Assembly (NCBI GenBank): GCA_013265495.1
Contig: MU061578.1
Coordinates: 1,249,308 to 1,313,307, forward strand
DNA from: Vicugna vicugna
Taxonomy: Eukaryota
Direction of reading: 5' to 3'
Length of the DNA stretch: 64,000 bases
This document shows, piece by piece, positions 37,681 through 50,690 of the stretch. The position numbers were made by a program, and so were the translations under genes. The notes under the pieces are model-generated. The model made no database searches. It saw only the letters and a list, made by a program, of their open reading frames with translations, and had not been told where the DNA came from. Numbering within the stretch: position 1 is the first letter of the stretch; each line of letters starts with the position of its first letter.

Positions 37681-39084
37681 CTGGAAGTGGGGAAGAGGCA
37701 GTGAGCACAGGCAAGCTCTCCCTGAAGGACAGCACCGGGGAGGCAGGGTCCCAGGGAGGGGCTGCTCCAGGCTGGATAGCTTGAGGCGCCTGGGAAGGCA
37801 TCAGGGTCAGCTCCGCATGATGGATGCATATTACTGCTCCCGTTCCGTGAAAGGAGATGCCACTGCTGCAAGAATTTTCTTCTTGTTAGGTCTTTTGCAT
37901 TTCTGCCTTAATAAAGAGTGTAATATAAATGGGTGGAGGGGAGAACTTAAAAAAAAAAAGGTCTGGACTCTTTCCTGTAGACTTTACAGGGCTGGTTATG
38001 GCAGTTTGTCAGTCTACAAGGATTAGTCAAAATGTGAAAGAAAATCCAGAATTTCTACGAAGACACAGTTGTGCATGGCTCCCCCACAATGATAAAGCAA
38101 GCCACTCTGGTCCTTCCTGTTTGATGAGTCAGCTTCGAATGACCAGCCCCCCTGGGGACAGAACGGGCTGCTGGAGTTTGTTTTCTTCTGAAACACAACC
38201 CTCTGTGAACGGCTTTTATATTTAAGAATCACACTGTCAGAAAGAAAGGAAGGAGGCCGGAGATGTGGTATTCCAAAGTCCTTATGCCTCTGACTGTCTC
38301 CCCACGCAGCCATTAATGGAGCTTGGCAAATAAGGTGGAAAAGACTTTCCATGACAGCAGGGACTGAAGGCTGCTGAACTTCTGACATGCCCACATGGCC
38401 CCAGACCTCACCCGGTGGATGGAAATGAGTCATGTTTTGGAGACAGGAGATGATAGAGTTGAACTGACCTAAATTTCAATCCCAGGTTGGCCACTAATAG
38501 TTATAAAACCTCATCTACCAGGCACTCCAGCTCGCAGCCTCAGATCCTTTGTCCTTAACACTGGGACTTCTTTTCTCTCTCTTTTTTTTGCCTTGTATGC
38601 TTATAGGAGAATTAAGTAAGAAAGTGGAACAAAAGCTCTGCTAGAACTCTCAGCATTCAGTAACGGTCAATAACGGAAGGGGATCACGGTCTCATCCTAA
38701 GATTACTCTAGATCTTTGGCTGGCCAGATTCTAGAGTTGCTTCTCATCAGTGACTCCGTATGTCTGGCTTACAACCCGCCTGTTTTTCTTTTTTCTTTTT
38801 TTCCTGGAAGCCCAAATGACCTGGTCTGAGTCAGAAAACACAGATCAGATCATCACTTCATGGCCTACTCAGAAAAAAAGACAATGCTGGAGGATGGCTG
38901 AGCGGCAAATCTGGAGCATGAGATGCTGGTGGAAGAGAAGTTGGGAGAACACACAGCATGGCTTGAGCTAATATCACCTAATAGCACCCCCGACCCTTCC
39001 CACTTCCTATGACTGACATCAGTGAGCAAACAACCCCTCCGAAGGACCAACTTACTACAACAGGACACAGCAGGAAAGAGCGTG

Positions 39085-39300
39085 CCAGGGTCCAACTCTC
39101 CATCTGCCACTTAACAATCTATGTGAACTTGGCAAGTGATTTAAGCTCTTTGGGCTTCAGTTTCTTCCTCTGCAAAGCAGAAATAATGACAGCATCTCTC
39201 AACCTCGCAGGATCATCAGAAGAATTAAATGTGATAATATTGTAAAAGCCCTTAGAATCTGGCCTGGCTTGAGGGCTGCAAGAATGACTGATAATTAATA
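39085..39300 (+). mobile_element. MIR SINE
   Basis: ctgccacttaacaatctatgtgaacttggcaagtgatttaagctctttgggcttcagtttcttcctctgcaaa. Confidence 0.85.
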
Positions 39301-40539
39301 AAATAAAATACACCCAACTTATTGCATAGGTTTTGACTTATAAACTACAAAGCTGTGGCCTGAAAGTCTCCCTTCTTCCATCAACTCTTCCCCACCCAGA
39401 GAAATGAAATGCGTTTTAAATTAAAAGGCAAGCCCACAAATTGACTTGACACAAAAAAAAAAAAAGAAAGAAAGAAAACCAAATAAACACACAACAAAAT
39501 AGTGTGGAAAGAAAAAGCTGCAGGAAGTTGATTTCTCGTCTCCCTACCCCTGCTCTGACCCACTTGGGCGGACTTTACTGGCACAGTGTCTTCTAATCAA
39601 GAGAAGAGATTCCAAACAGGGTATCTCCATCCTGGTACAACCTCCATTTCCCTCACAGACCACCAGGCTTCCAGCTGCTGGGCTGCAGGGGTGTTCACTC
39701 ACGGCCCCCGTCATCTCTTTCTGAAGGTCCCCTTCTGCGAATGCATGTAACAACCACGGCATCTCATCAGTGGGTGTGCTAGGATAAGGATCTACGTAGG
39801 AAGTCTTATCAGTCACGTGGGCTTGAAGCTACTACTTGCAAGTTCTTCCTTTTGCATCCTCCAAATGCCCAGGAGAAGCAGTTTCCTCTCCGTCCTGGAG
39901 AATTTGCCATTGAGTCCTAGATCGACAGCGGGATTTGAGCTGCAGGACTCAATAATGACACATGCGTGTAAGGGATACTCTAGTATACACAGCTTAATAA
40001 GCCTCAACCCTCCTGGAATGATCACGTGCTTTTCAGCGAAGAATAGAGTTGATGCCCTTAGGCAAACCGTTATAGAAGTTAACTAAATTTGAATTCTCTC
40101 AGGGCCTACTGAATGCTTTTTTTTTTTTTTCCTTAAGAGTTCTCTGAGCTTGTATCAAGTCTAATTGATTTTTAGCACAGGAAGTCTTACCTCCCAATAT
40201 AGCATTGGGCCCCTTTTCCCTTGCAGCCAATGGCAAAAGATCCATTTATAAATTGTTAAAAACATGTTCAGGGCTAAACGACACCAAAATAGCCCAGGAA
40301 TATTTTAATATTCATAGTTTCCTTTGATTAAAATACAAACTTTTCACGTTAGCTCTGGGATTATTTTTCATAAATGCAGGCAGGTTACAGAGCTGAGCGC
40401 CACTTAATTTAGTGTTTAATCAGGAGAACCACAGTGGCATCAGGCTGATTAGGTTGGCCCAACTGCTGCCTGCTCAATTTTTCCCCATAATTGCGGGATA
40501 TTTTTTATGGTGACAAGTGCCCAGACGGTAGAATTCCAA

Positions 40540-40830
40540 TATGCTATACATCAGCTTCCCCGTTATTGGATTAGCTCGATGTGGCGTCGACACGGCAGCA
40601 CTTTCAGTCCCACCATTGATCGCACCGTCCCTTCTATTCCACAATTAATGCGGGCCGGGCGGGATTGATCAGCCTCCTCGCCAGCTTGGCCCGCAGTCAA
40701 TGCGTTCTTGCGGCTGCGCAGTAGCGAGCTCGCGAGGCCCGCGCATGTGCCTCCGGAGCAAGACAGATTCTCATTTTCAGATGTTCTCAATCTCATCAGG
40801 CCACCTGTAGGCGGTGTCTTCAAGTGACAT
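40540..40830. promoter_or_regulatory. Orphan CpG-rich element (candidate enhancer or promoter)
   Basis: About 20 CpG in 40560-40760 by hand count; NRF1-like GCGCATGTGC, CTCGCGAG, GGGCGG and ATTGG motifs; no repeat similarity recognised. Confidence 0.5.
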
Positions 40831-41871
40831 GCGTACAGATTTAAAAAAAAAAAAGAAAGGTAGCTAGAATAACACTTCGTTGGCACAGAGGGCTTTCGCT
40901 GGCATGATGGCTTTGTTAACTGGATGTTACTTTCTGAGACTCGATGGTGTCCTGCCGGCTCACCAAAAATCTCATCCTCGAGGCAAGGAGGATACAAAAC
41001 AGAGCCGGCAAACTAATCATTCCCTCTGGTAACAGCTCTTCCCATGATGCAGCGGATGGGTAGCTTTCAAGAGCCGCTTGCACGTGAGACAAGGAGCTGT
41101 GACAGCGGCGCGTGTGGCTGAAAATTGGATGACAAGTTTGCTATTAGCTCAGTGTAGCTAGTGCTAGTTTCCCGTATGGACACAGAAGCCCAGGGTTCTC
41201 CCTGGCTTCCTTGGCTACCCTTCCTGAGATGTGCTTCCATTTCACATGCTTCTCTGAGCAGCTGTTGTATTAAGGAGGCCCTGGCTAGCGATCTTGAGGT
41301 CACCTGGAGGTTTTTCCTCCTCCCGCTCTTAAGACTTCCTGATTCTGAAGTTTCTCTTGGCAGGCATCGGAAATGCACGAGAGCTGTTATAAGACCACGC
41401 AGGCTACGATGACAGAAGCCCTACCCCTCCCTCATAATTCCTAAGTGCCTTCTGGAGGAAAATGAGATGATCTTCTTGGGAGCTTATCCTGTATTGCCAG
41501 GAGTTAGGCAAACTCACATTCAAAAGAAGAGCTTCCAGACAAGAAAGAAACGAAATGTACTAATAATACTGAGAGTCTAAACCCATCAGAAGATGGTTGG
41601 AGGCTTGGAGGGTGACTGGCTCTGTGTGGTAGGCAGGATAGCGCACCCTCACCAAAGATGCCAGTGCTCCAGTCCCCAGAACCTATGACTATGATACGCT
41701 GCATGGCAAAAATAACACATACACCACCTTCCTCCTGCAGAGCGGATCCTGAAGAAATGTATTTTGAGTCACCAAGAGCTACTTAAAAATATTTGTAAAA
41801 GATCTTTCAAATGTCTTTTGGATTGGGTAAGTAGAAAACCTTCATATGAGACAGGACACTTTTATGTGTAA

Positions 41872-41880
41872 ACACACACA

Positions 41881-41924
<44 letters not shown>
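41872..41924. repeat. (CA)n microsatellite; pure (CA)20 at 41885-41924
   Basis: Directly visible. Confidence 0.95.
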
Positions 41925-41927
<3 letters not shown>

Positions 41928-41944
41928 CTAAAATAGGTTAGGGA

Positions 41945-42405
41945 ATCAGAGGAAATGCATTTGTTCATGTGGTTGCATAGGTCCAAAATAGGTAGCATTG
42001 CCTTCAGGCACAGCTAGATCCAGAGCCTCAAGTGATACCATCAAGGTATTTCCTTTCTCAGTTGCTTAGATTTTTGTCTCTGTACATCGATGGTGACCGT
42101 AACATTAGAATCACTTCTAACCAGCCTAACGACCCCAGGACGAAAGGATGATTCCTCCATAGGGTTTAATCGCGAAGACTGACCAGGGATGCTAAGCGGC
42201 CCACCTGGGTCATGAGCCCGTCTCTGAATGAACTGTTATGCGAGGATTATCAGTCACTCTGATTGTCCCAGCCTCACTCACATGCTCAACCCTGTTTGCA
42301 AGAACTAAATGGAACTGCTCTCCTCAGAAGACAGGGACCCTCCTACTAGAAAAAGGTGAAAGGGGTACTGGATATGGATGAAAAATAAGTAAGTGAAGAT
42401 GTTCA
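41945..42405 (-). mobile_element. Old MaLR LTR (MLT1J/K-like)
   Basis: ccttcaggcacagctagatccagagcctcaagtgat; ctctgattgtcccagcct...cacatgctcaaccctg. Confidence 0.6.
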
Positions 42406-42590
42406 CTAACTCTCCCAAACTAAGCTACCTACTGGTTCTGACAAGCTTTCATTAAAAAAAAAAAAAGAGTCCAAGTCGGGGGCAGGAAATGTACAGCTTG
42501 ATCTCATAAAGCAAGAAAATTCTGTGCTAGGACCACAGGACAGCAGCTGGAAGAAACTCCCAGGGGTTGGCAACAGGGCTTCAGAATGGA

Positions 42591-42718
42591 GGGGGAGGGT
42601 ACAGCTCAAAGTAGTAGAGTACATGCTTAGCATGCAGGAGGTCCTGGGTTCAATCCCCAGAACCTCCTCTGAAAAAAAAAAAGAAAATAAATAAACCTAA
42701 TTACCCACCCCCTCAAAG
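42591..42718 (+). mobile_element. Camelid tRNA-derived SINE (vic-1 type) with perfect 16-bp TSD
   Basis: gggggagggtacagctcaaagtagtagag...gtcctgggttcaatccccag (A/B-box-like); TSD agggcttcagaatgga at 42575-42590 and 42719-42734. Confidence 0.9.
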
Positions 42719-42959
42719 AGGGCTTCAGAATGGAACTTCACTTCTGGAAGATTTAAGCTAACTCAGTCATTTGAAAAGTGGAAAAATACAAAGAAAGACA
42801 CACACATCCTGTATTTCTTATGTGAAATGTACTTCAGGGTAAGCAAAAACAAATAAACAAAAATTAATGAGAGGACCTGTCTCTCTGTATCCCTCCTAAT
42901 AAATGGAGAGCAGTGATGGCCATGCTTGGCAGGGGCTGCTAAAAAATCTCCAAGACTGC

Positions 42960-43985
42960 CCAGGCACACACATCATATTTCCTGATGAAAGTGTACAGTA
43001 ACATTTATGATGTGCTTTTGCTTAAGAAAAAAAAAAAAGAAGAAGAAGAAAAACGAAACAAAATCTCATCAAACTTATGGATCTAACCACCAGTTCAGAG
43101 GAAACACAGAGGATAGAGAATGCAGTGAGCAACGTCAGATGATGGGGAAACTCCTCAATAACATGGATCTAGTATTCTCAACAAATGGGCTGCAAGGTTA
43201 AAACTAACTACCACAACAATGACTTGGAGGAAAAGAGACTTCAGAGACACATCAACTGATTTTCACCCTCCACATTTGGAGATGCAGAATCCAAGGATAC
43301 AGAAGGCCAAAATCGTAACACACCATCTTATATAAGGGGCATGGGCATCCGGAGTTTGGTGTCCACAGAAGTCCCTCGTGGTACAGAAGGGCCTGGGGCA
43401 CCCAGAGTTTGGTAGCCAGGGGAGCTCCTGGAACCAGTCCCTCACAGATACCGAGTGATGACTGTGTATCAACCTTCCTTTAATTCCTGATCAACAAGCA
43501 GAATTAAAAACATACATGACAATCATGTAAACTTGAACACCAAGAGACTATTTGACTATATGAAGGAAGTAATGTTAATTTTTAAGGCCTAATAATGGTA
43601 ATAAACCATGTTTTTTTTCCCTTTAAAGTCCTCACCTCTTTCAGAGGCATACATAAATATGTTAAATGATATGATGTGTGAATAGCCGATGCTATTAAGG
43701 AATTGTTGCTAATTTTTAATATGTAATAATGTTAATGATAATATAATATTTTTTCCTAAAAAGTCCTCGCTTTTTGAATGCACATATTCAAATAATATAA
43801 TAATATAGTGTTTGGGATTTGCTTCAAAATACTCATGGGGTAAGGGAGGAAGTACAAAAGCAAGTTTGGCCATGAATTGGGAGTTGTTAAATCTGGTGAT
43901 GGGTATGGATATTATTATATTATTCTCCCTACTTTTGTTTGTTTGAAATTTTTCATAATCAAAGAATGTAAAACAACCATTACAA
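42960..43985 (+). mobile_element. Old L1MC/L1ME 3' UTR fragments, interrupted by a Tigger-type MITE
   Basis: gggatttgcttcaaaatac...gttgttaaatctggtgatgggtatgg...tattctccctacttttgtttgtttgaaatttttcataat. Confidence 0.75.
43252..43465 (+). mobile_element. Short Tigger-family MITE (MER2/Tigger3-like ends)
   Basis: cctggaaccagtccctcacagataccgagtgatgactg terminus; ccatcttatataaggggcatgggcatcc internal motif. Confidence 0.65.
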
Positions 43986-44344
43986 AACAAACAAACAAAC
44001 AAACAAACAAACAGAGTAAGTTTAAATATCACCAAATCATTTTGGTCCACTGGTGAATCTGGAGTGAAAGAAACATGGCTTCAGTATTTCTGAGGATCTT
44101 AAGGAGAACTCAGGAGCAACCCCAGAACTGAGGTCATAACTCAAATGTCCCTCCTACTTTCCCACGAGAGCCTGATGTGTTAAGCCTCCTGTCCAAATGG
44201 ACTGTATCCAGCCATCAAATGTCCTTCATGATGGGGACAGGCTGAGGGCAAAGGACACGAAAGATGAAAGGGGACTGGCGTTTTGAGACACTAAAAAGAA
44301 ACGCCACATTATTCTGCCATAACGACATCACCTAAATAAAACCT

Positions 44345-44715
44345 CTCTTGTTTCTCCAACACACTCAACTTGCTCCCACCTGGGCCTTTGAAACTGTCTC
44401 CCCCACCTTCTGGAACTTTCTGTCTCTCACACTTCCAGGATCAACCCTTGACCATGAGCTCAGACATCACCTCTCCCACGAGGACTTCCTGCACCACAAC
44501 TGCTCCCAACTCCAAATCATACTATATCTCACTGACTTCACTTTTTTCTCCTTCCAATCAGTGATCACCATCTAGAACATCTTGCTTATTTCTTGGTTTA
44601 ATGTTTAAGCATTTGATCACAATGACAGTGACTAGTGAAGATTGTTCAACACTGGAAATCCACACCTACGACCATTCTTAGAGGCCCGTAGGTAATCAAC
44701 AAAACATTTGAAAAA
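44345..44715 (+). mobile_element. L2 3' fragment
   Basis: tgtttctccaacacactcaacttgctcccacctgggcctttg...cagacatcacctctcc...taggtaatcaacaaaacatttg. Confidence 0.65.
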
Positions 44716-45744
44716 ATAAATGCTGCATAAATAAATCACCACTATTCTACCAAATCTATTGGTTTAGCTGCTGCCATTTTACACTAAATATCATACATAT
44801 ATTTCCTGCCTTCAATGTTAACAACAGAACAGCATCTATCTTCTTCAGTGATATCTTTTTCCTTTTTTTTTGGCTAGGACTGATCACTGATAAGTCTAAT
44901 TGGAACTAATAAGAAACACAATATTAAACTAGATGTGAGAGTTGTTTGTTACCTTTTTGTAACAGCTTGCAGGAGAGTGTACAGCCTTCAGACAATTAAA
45001 AGGATGTTCTGATAATTCTTTCCTGCTATTATTAGAAAACGAGTTATTCGTGCTAAGAGACCAAGAAACCCTACCTCAGAGAAATAGGGAATTGAGTAGT
45101 TCGCAGTTGTGAGAACAACAAAGTTAGCATTCAATTAAGTTCCATCACAAGATTTATACTAATCATTAACCAAAAGTTGTCTTCTGTTCAGTTTCAGGAA
45201 ATTGAGCAATACCCTGACAAAGAGAAAGAACCTTTAAAAATTAAGCAATAATTATGGTATGTTTGCAAAATGCAGTCTATCTTTTGCATCTTGAATTTCT
45301 TGGCTGCGCAATTTGCATGCCCATTAAACTCTGTGGGAAATTGGAAAGCAATTCAGAATTCAACAATTAAAAGATACAAATTAAAATTGTTAGCATTAAC
45401 TTAAAGTTTATTGCTGGTGCAATGCTCTTGGTTATAAATGAACTCTGATCAAGCAGCCATTTCTCTCTTAGAAGTTCAACATATTTTCAGCTGTGGTCTC
45501 CAATTGTACCTTTCAGCCATTGGATTGCTGATGTCACGTGATATTCATAAATATGATCTTTTAATACATATAAATGTGTATTGGCTGTAGATTTTTTTTT
45601 TCATTAGAAAGAGAAGTTGGGTCCAGTCATTCTGGCGTTGGAAAGGACTTTCCATCTCTTCAAACATCTTCAAATTATTTGGGAGAAATGTTCAGATAAT
45701 TCTGTGTGTGTGCAAACTACTGTTTTTGTTAAGTCCTGGGATAC

Positions 45745-45950
45745 AGGGTCCCTGGGATTGAATCCCAGCCCTACCACTTACTAGCTTTGTGACCTTAGAC
45801 AAGTTAACTCGCCTCTCTGCGCCTCACTGGCCCCGTCAGTAAAATGGGGACACAGTGCCTACATCATAGGGTTGTTAGGTGATTAAATATTTGTAAAACA
45901 CCTAAAATAGTGCCTAGAGGAAGCACTATGTAAGTGTTTGTTAAATAACA
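45745..45950 (+). mobile_element. MIR SINE
   Basis: gaatcccagccctaccacttactagctttgtgaccttagacaagttaact...acatcatagggttgtt. Confidence 0.9.
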
Positions 45951-46704
45951 CCTATGTGTGGGTAGGTAGGGAGATTAACAGGTATAGATATTACATATCT
46001 ATTTATACACACACACATATAAAGAGAGCTGTCTCAATATAATCCTGGAAAATCTCCAGTGTGATTCCAATGCTAGAGACACTGCTTACGACTGCATTTA
46101 TTTTCACTGAAAGGCAGGTGGTTGGAGCAAACTATTTTTTTTATTCAAAACACACAGGAAATCCAAGAACTATGGTTCATTAGAAGCTGCTGTGTATCCT
46201 ACACGACCAATTTTTGAGAGAATTAGGATACAATAAAATGCCCTTGACATTATAACTAATTGAATATACTTGGATCATTGATGATCTTTTAACATGCCCT
46301 AGGGCCATCAACATGGGGACCCATTATCAAGGTGTGGGTCTAGAAGTTTAAATTTTTATGCTATAAATATAGTTCCAATGGGAAAAGGTGGATAGGGGCT
46401 AGAAAACTTCAAACCCACAGGAAAGAGGCTACTTTTCCTATATGTGTGTTCTCATCATTTGGGGGTTCATACAGAGGAGGATGGAAAGAGCAGATGGTTA
46501 TATATTGAGTTATAAAACCTGAAACCAATCTAAAGTGTGAGCATGTCTCGCTTTCACATCAAGCCTTCCTCTTCTGTCTCCACCAGCAAGATGATTAGCT
46601 TGGGAATTTTAGAACAACTTTATCAGGACTATCATCCATCATAATCAAAATGCACAAAATCCCTCCCAATGTCTGCCATAGACGAGAATAGAACCACCAC
46701 CTCC

Positions 46705-46706
<2 letters not shown>

Positions 46707-46740
<34 letters not shown>
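46707..46740. repeat. (CA)17 microsatellite
   Basis: Directly visible. Confidence 0.95.
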
Positions 46741-46743
<3 letters not shown>

Positions 46744-46994
46744 GGCTACTTGTAGATCACATTCACTTTGCAACCAATACAGGTTTAAGCAATGCAAGTC
46801 ATATCCTCCAATTAATTGAGCACATTATATTCAATTCTTGCTTCGCTGTGAAAAGCCACGCTGGAGGAGAAATGGCCAGAGCGGTGAATTGAGATAGTAG
46901 CCAAAATCACTGGAGTCAGATAACAGACTATGATCGTCCTGAAATTTTCAGTCTTCACGAAGCCAAGGAGAGTATGAGTCACAGTTATCTGATA

Positions 46995-47062
46995 ACATAT
47001 ACATGACATATAGGCATATATATACATATATGTATGTATATATATATATATATACACACACA
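46995..47062. repeat. Compound (TA)/(TATG)/(CA) microsatellite
   Basis: Directly visible. Confidence 0.85.
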
Positions 47063-49699
47063 GGAATATATGCCTATATTTATAACGTATTTTTTTAAGA
47101 ATGGCCAATTACACAAAGTATCAAATGCCCAATCAGGAATGTGTACTGATAAAGAGATACCAAAGTGGAATTTGGAATTTTGTTTTGATAACATCTCGTC
47201 TTGTGTCTGCCATCTAAAGTGGATTTTTATCAGGTGTCTGAGAGCAAATGGCTTGCACGTAATTTGGTCAGTAACACATATAAATGTTTCAAGCATGAAA
47301 AGTAAGTACGTATTTCAGAAAGAGCTGAGGAAAATGATAGCTTTAGGACTTTCAGAATAAAACCAGGATCCTTCCTGGTGGAGAGGCATAAAAGAGATTA
47401 AGTGGACAGCACTTTCTTTGAATTATTGATGTAATCAAAACACTAGCAGATTCGCGACATCAGTCTTTCCTGCACTGGGGTCGACATTGAATTTTAGTTG
47501 GATTTTGGCTTCCTTCTTTCTTTTTTTTTCCCATTAAAAAATAAAGAAAGAGAAAAAAATTATCTGTTGTTTACCTAAAAGATAGGGAATTTCCTAACAA
47601 TTTTTAACATGTCGTTAAAAGGAGGTAACTGGGACTGGTTTCCACGAACAGGTGCCTAAAGCATTCACCCATCAAGTTTTTAAGTTCAGTTCTGTGTTTA
47701 GGCCAGCATCCGGGCTTGTCAGCTCATTAGAATATAGACACATATGTCTAAGCCTGCGTTTAAGATGGAGATGGTTTCATTAAACTGGAAGGCAGAATTC
47801 TATTCGATAAAGCGCTGCTCTTCATAGCTTGACTGTAAAGTGCTAATGCGGTATTTTCCACCTTCTAATTTCGCAGACTGGAAAGGAGCTTCCTGGGGCT
47901 CTCTGATCTCGCCGATACCCCCAAGCCCCATTCCCAGATGCCCCTCATCACGGGTAGATATCATTTCAACAGATGCCAAGAACAGCTAAAGTGCACTTAG
48001 GCCTATTTGTTAAACTCCTGAGGGAGGAGGTGGATTGGCGAAATTCAGCCAGTAATTAAACCACATACTTCTTCTAAAGCTGCCTCTATCCCCTCTCCCC
48101 TGCATAATCTCTCTGCCTTACATCAAATCGTTTAGGCACTTATTGGCTACAATCAATACAATATGAGATACATTAATTTTGTCCCTGTGAGACTTTCGGG
48201 GAAGAGGTGGTGTTGCTTCCCAAGCATTTGAGAGTGTTCACGCAGGCACACCAGCAGACCGAGCAGGAGTGCCTCGCACTCTACCCTGGCAGATTTATGG
48301 TCTCCCTGTCTCCCCAGCCCCGTGCAAGTGGAACTGGGCTGCTGCCAAACATGTGCAAATTGGACTGCAGCAAGAAACACTGAATATATTACCTAATGCA
48401 CACAAATGCTAAATAGTGCAAATCGCAGGAAAGAAGCGGCCCGGCTGAGCAGAATTTTAACCATTAAACCCAAATCTCTCCATATGTTCCAGCAAGCCTT
48501 GTGCCTCGCTGTTGTAAAAATAAAATTGCAAGGAGGAAAAGACCTTTCCCAGGTTTCCCAGTCACTGATTCTGTTTCTTCCAGGCACCATGATCACTTAT
48601 CCCATCCCTCAACCCCACCCCCACCCCCTGGGTGGATCCCTTGATTTGCAACACGTTTAGAAAAGGCTGGAGGAATTTCCAACCAACTGGAGGAAATGCG
48701 TGCATTATGGAGAGGTACCAAATGAAGATCTGCCCTAGTCACTGCTTTCTAATAGTACAAGTGTATTATTTTGTGAAGTCGGAGATCTGGATTCTTGGAA
48801 GGATCGTGTGAACAATGACCTGACTCCTAGGAAGGTGTGGATCACCGTGGTCTGTAATTCCAGCGCCTCCCCCGCAGGCCACCAGCCATCTTTCAGCCTT
48901 TGATACCGCTCAGCCTCCAATGATTTTATTCGACAAGTGAGACAAAGAAAGGAGAGCGGAGGCTGCAGTTCAGTCCATCAATGGACCCTACAGTAGAACC
49001 AAAGAGGAACGCAGAGCGCTAACAAAGGAAATCGGAGAATGACTGTGAGGACCAGATAAGGGCCACAGAATTAAAATCTATCAGAAATTCAGGCTCACAT
49101 TTACAGCAAAGAAGTAACTGAGGAAGCAGAATTCTCATTAACTACACCCTGCTTGGGCAATGGGCAATGACTCGTTGATGAAATATCAGAAATACTTCTT
49201 TTCTATGTGAAAGAGAAGGAAACAGGCTTTCTGGTCAATAGCCATCCGTCCTGACAGGATACACAGTGAAATCCACATACAAGGAAGTCAGACAAACTGG
49301 CCTCGGGGCCAGTTCCCCGTGTGACCCTGGGTAGTTCGGGAGACCTCATTGGACCCGCCGGCTCGTCTGCAAAAGCCTGAGCTGGTTTCCGAAGGCCTTT
49401 GTGACTCTAACAGCATATGGTTCATATTATGTAGCTTTTCTCCTTAATTGCCCTCCTTCCTAGCCTTTATGGCAGCCCTTTCTCTGCATTTAACACCACA
49501 GAGAAATGCCACGGCTGCCTTCTGAAGAGATGGTAAGAAACCACCTTGCAATTAACCTCGGCTTCCTGCAGGGTGGGAAAGAGAACGCAGATACACCTGT
49601 GCCCTCTGAGGGATTCTGAACGGCAAAGCCACGCGCTGATGTTCTTGGGAGTCAAGTCTCGCTCTCTGCCAATGGTATCAAGGGATGGTGGGTAGAGGA

Positions 49700-49855
49700 C
49701 CGGCATATGAAACCTGGGAGTTCTATTAACAACATGTGTTCTGTGATCCCCCCACCCTATTGACTTAATCAGAATCTTTGTGGGTGGAACCTACAAAACT
49801 GAATTTGGAGTAAAATCCCCAAAATTCTTAGGCACATTAATGTTTGGGAAATGGG
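49700..49855 (+). mobile_element. MER5-like hAT MITE remnant; a second remnant lies near 50060-50185
   Basis: aatcagaatctttgtgggtggaacct...ccccaaaattcttaggcacattaatgtttgggaa. Confidence 0.5.
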
Positions 49856-50544
49856 CAGATCAGGACACTCACCTGAAGGGTGAGTTTTACCATTACAGGT
49901 GGCCACTTACTTGTGCTGATTATTGCGCTAACTCCCCTGTGAGCTTCCTAAGGATAAGAAGGAAATCTTGCTCAGTGATGTGTCCTCAGCATCCTGTCCA
50001 GCGCCTGCACATGCAGGTGTATGTGCCTTAGTAAACGTTTACGGAATTAATCTGAAGAAATACTGATGGCCAAAACCCACCCTACGTCTAATGAGTTAGA
50101 ATTTCTGGGCACACAGCCTTGGAACCGGCCACCAGTCAGCACTTCAGTGACTCTCGTTCACAACAAATTGTGAGAACCATTCTGTTCATGTTTGCCATAT
50201 GCCATGGAAAATGAGAGCCTTGTTTGATCAAAAGTCATTCCAAGTAGGTACACCATGGTTTTCCATTTCCGAAGCTTGTCGGTGTATATTATTTCTCCTG
50301 CGTCTTTCCAAGTAGGTGGGGCTAGAATTCTCCTGAGCTGGAACAGAAGTTCCGATCAGTGGACTTAACTAACTTGTCCAAGGTCACAGCCACAACTATG
50401 TGGTGACATGTTGACGTGGTAAACCCGGACAGTGTCTATGGGACAGAGCGTGCCCTTTCTATAAAACCACTACTTCTCTAAAATCACTACCGGAATAAAG
50501 AAAAGGCGAGGCCAGGGAATCAGAAACTGAGAGTTCCAAGACGA

Positions 50545-50690
50545 TTCATTTATTCAGCAATTGTTTGTTGACTGCCTACTGTATGCCAGACACTTTGTTA
50601 ATCGCTGGGGATACATGTTGAGCCAAAAGCATGTGGTCTCTGACCTCCTCAAGTTTAAATTCTGATTTAGGAGAAATGAACAACCATATT
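50545..50690 (-). mobile_element. L2 3' end
   Basis: attcatttattcagcaattgtttgttgactgcctactgtatgccagacact. Confidence 0.8.

Noticed and set aside
42591..42670. tRNA gene (also 25050-25124)
   Set aside because: The tRNA-like head has an A-tail and TSD and lacks a proper acceptor stem, so it is a SINE.
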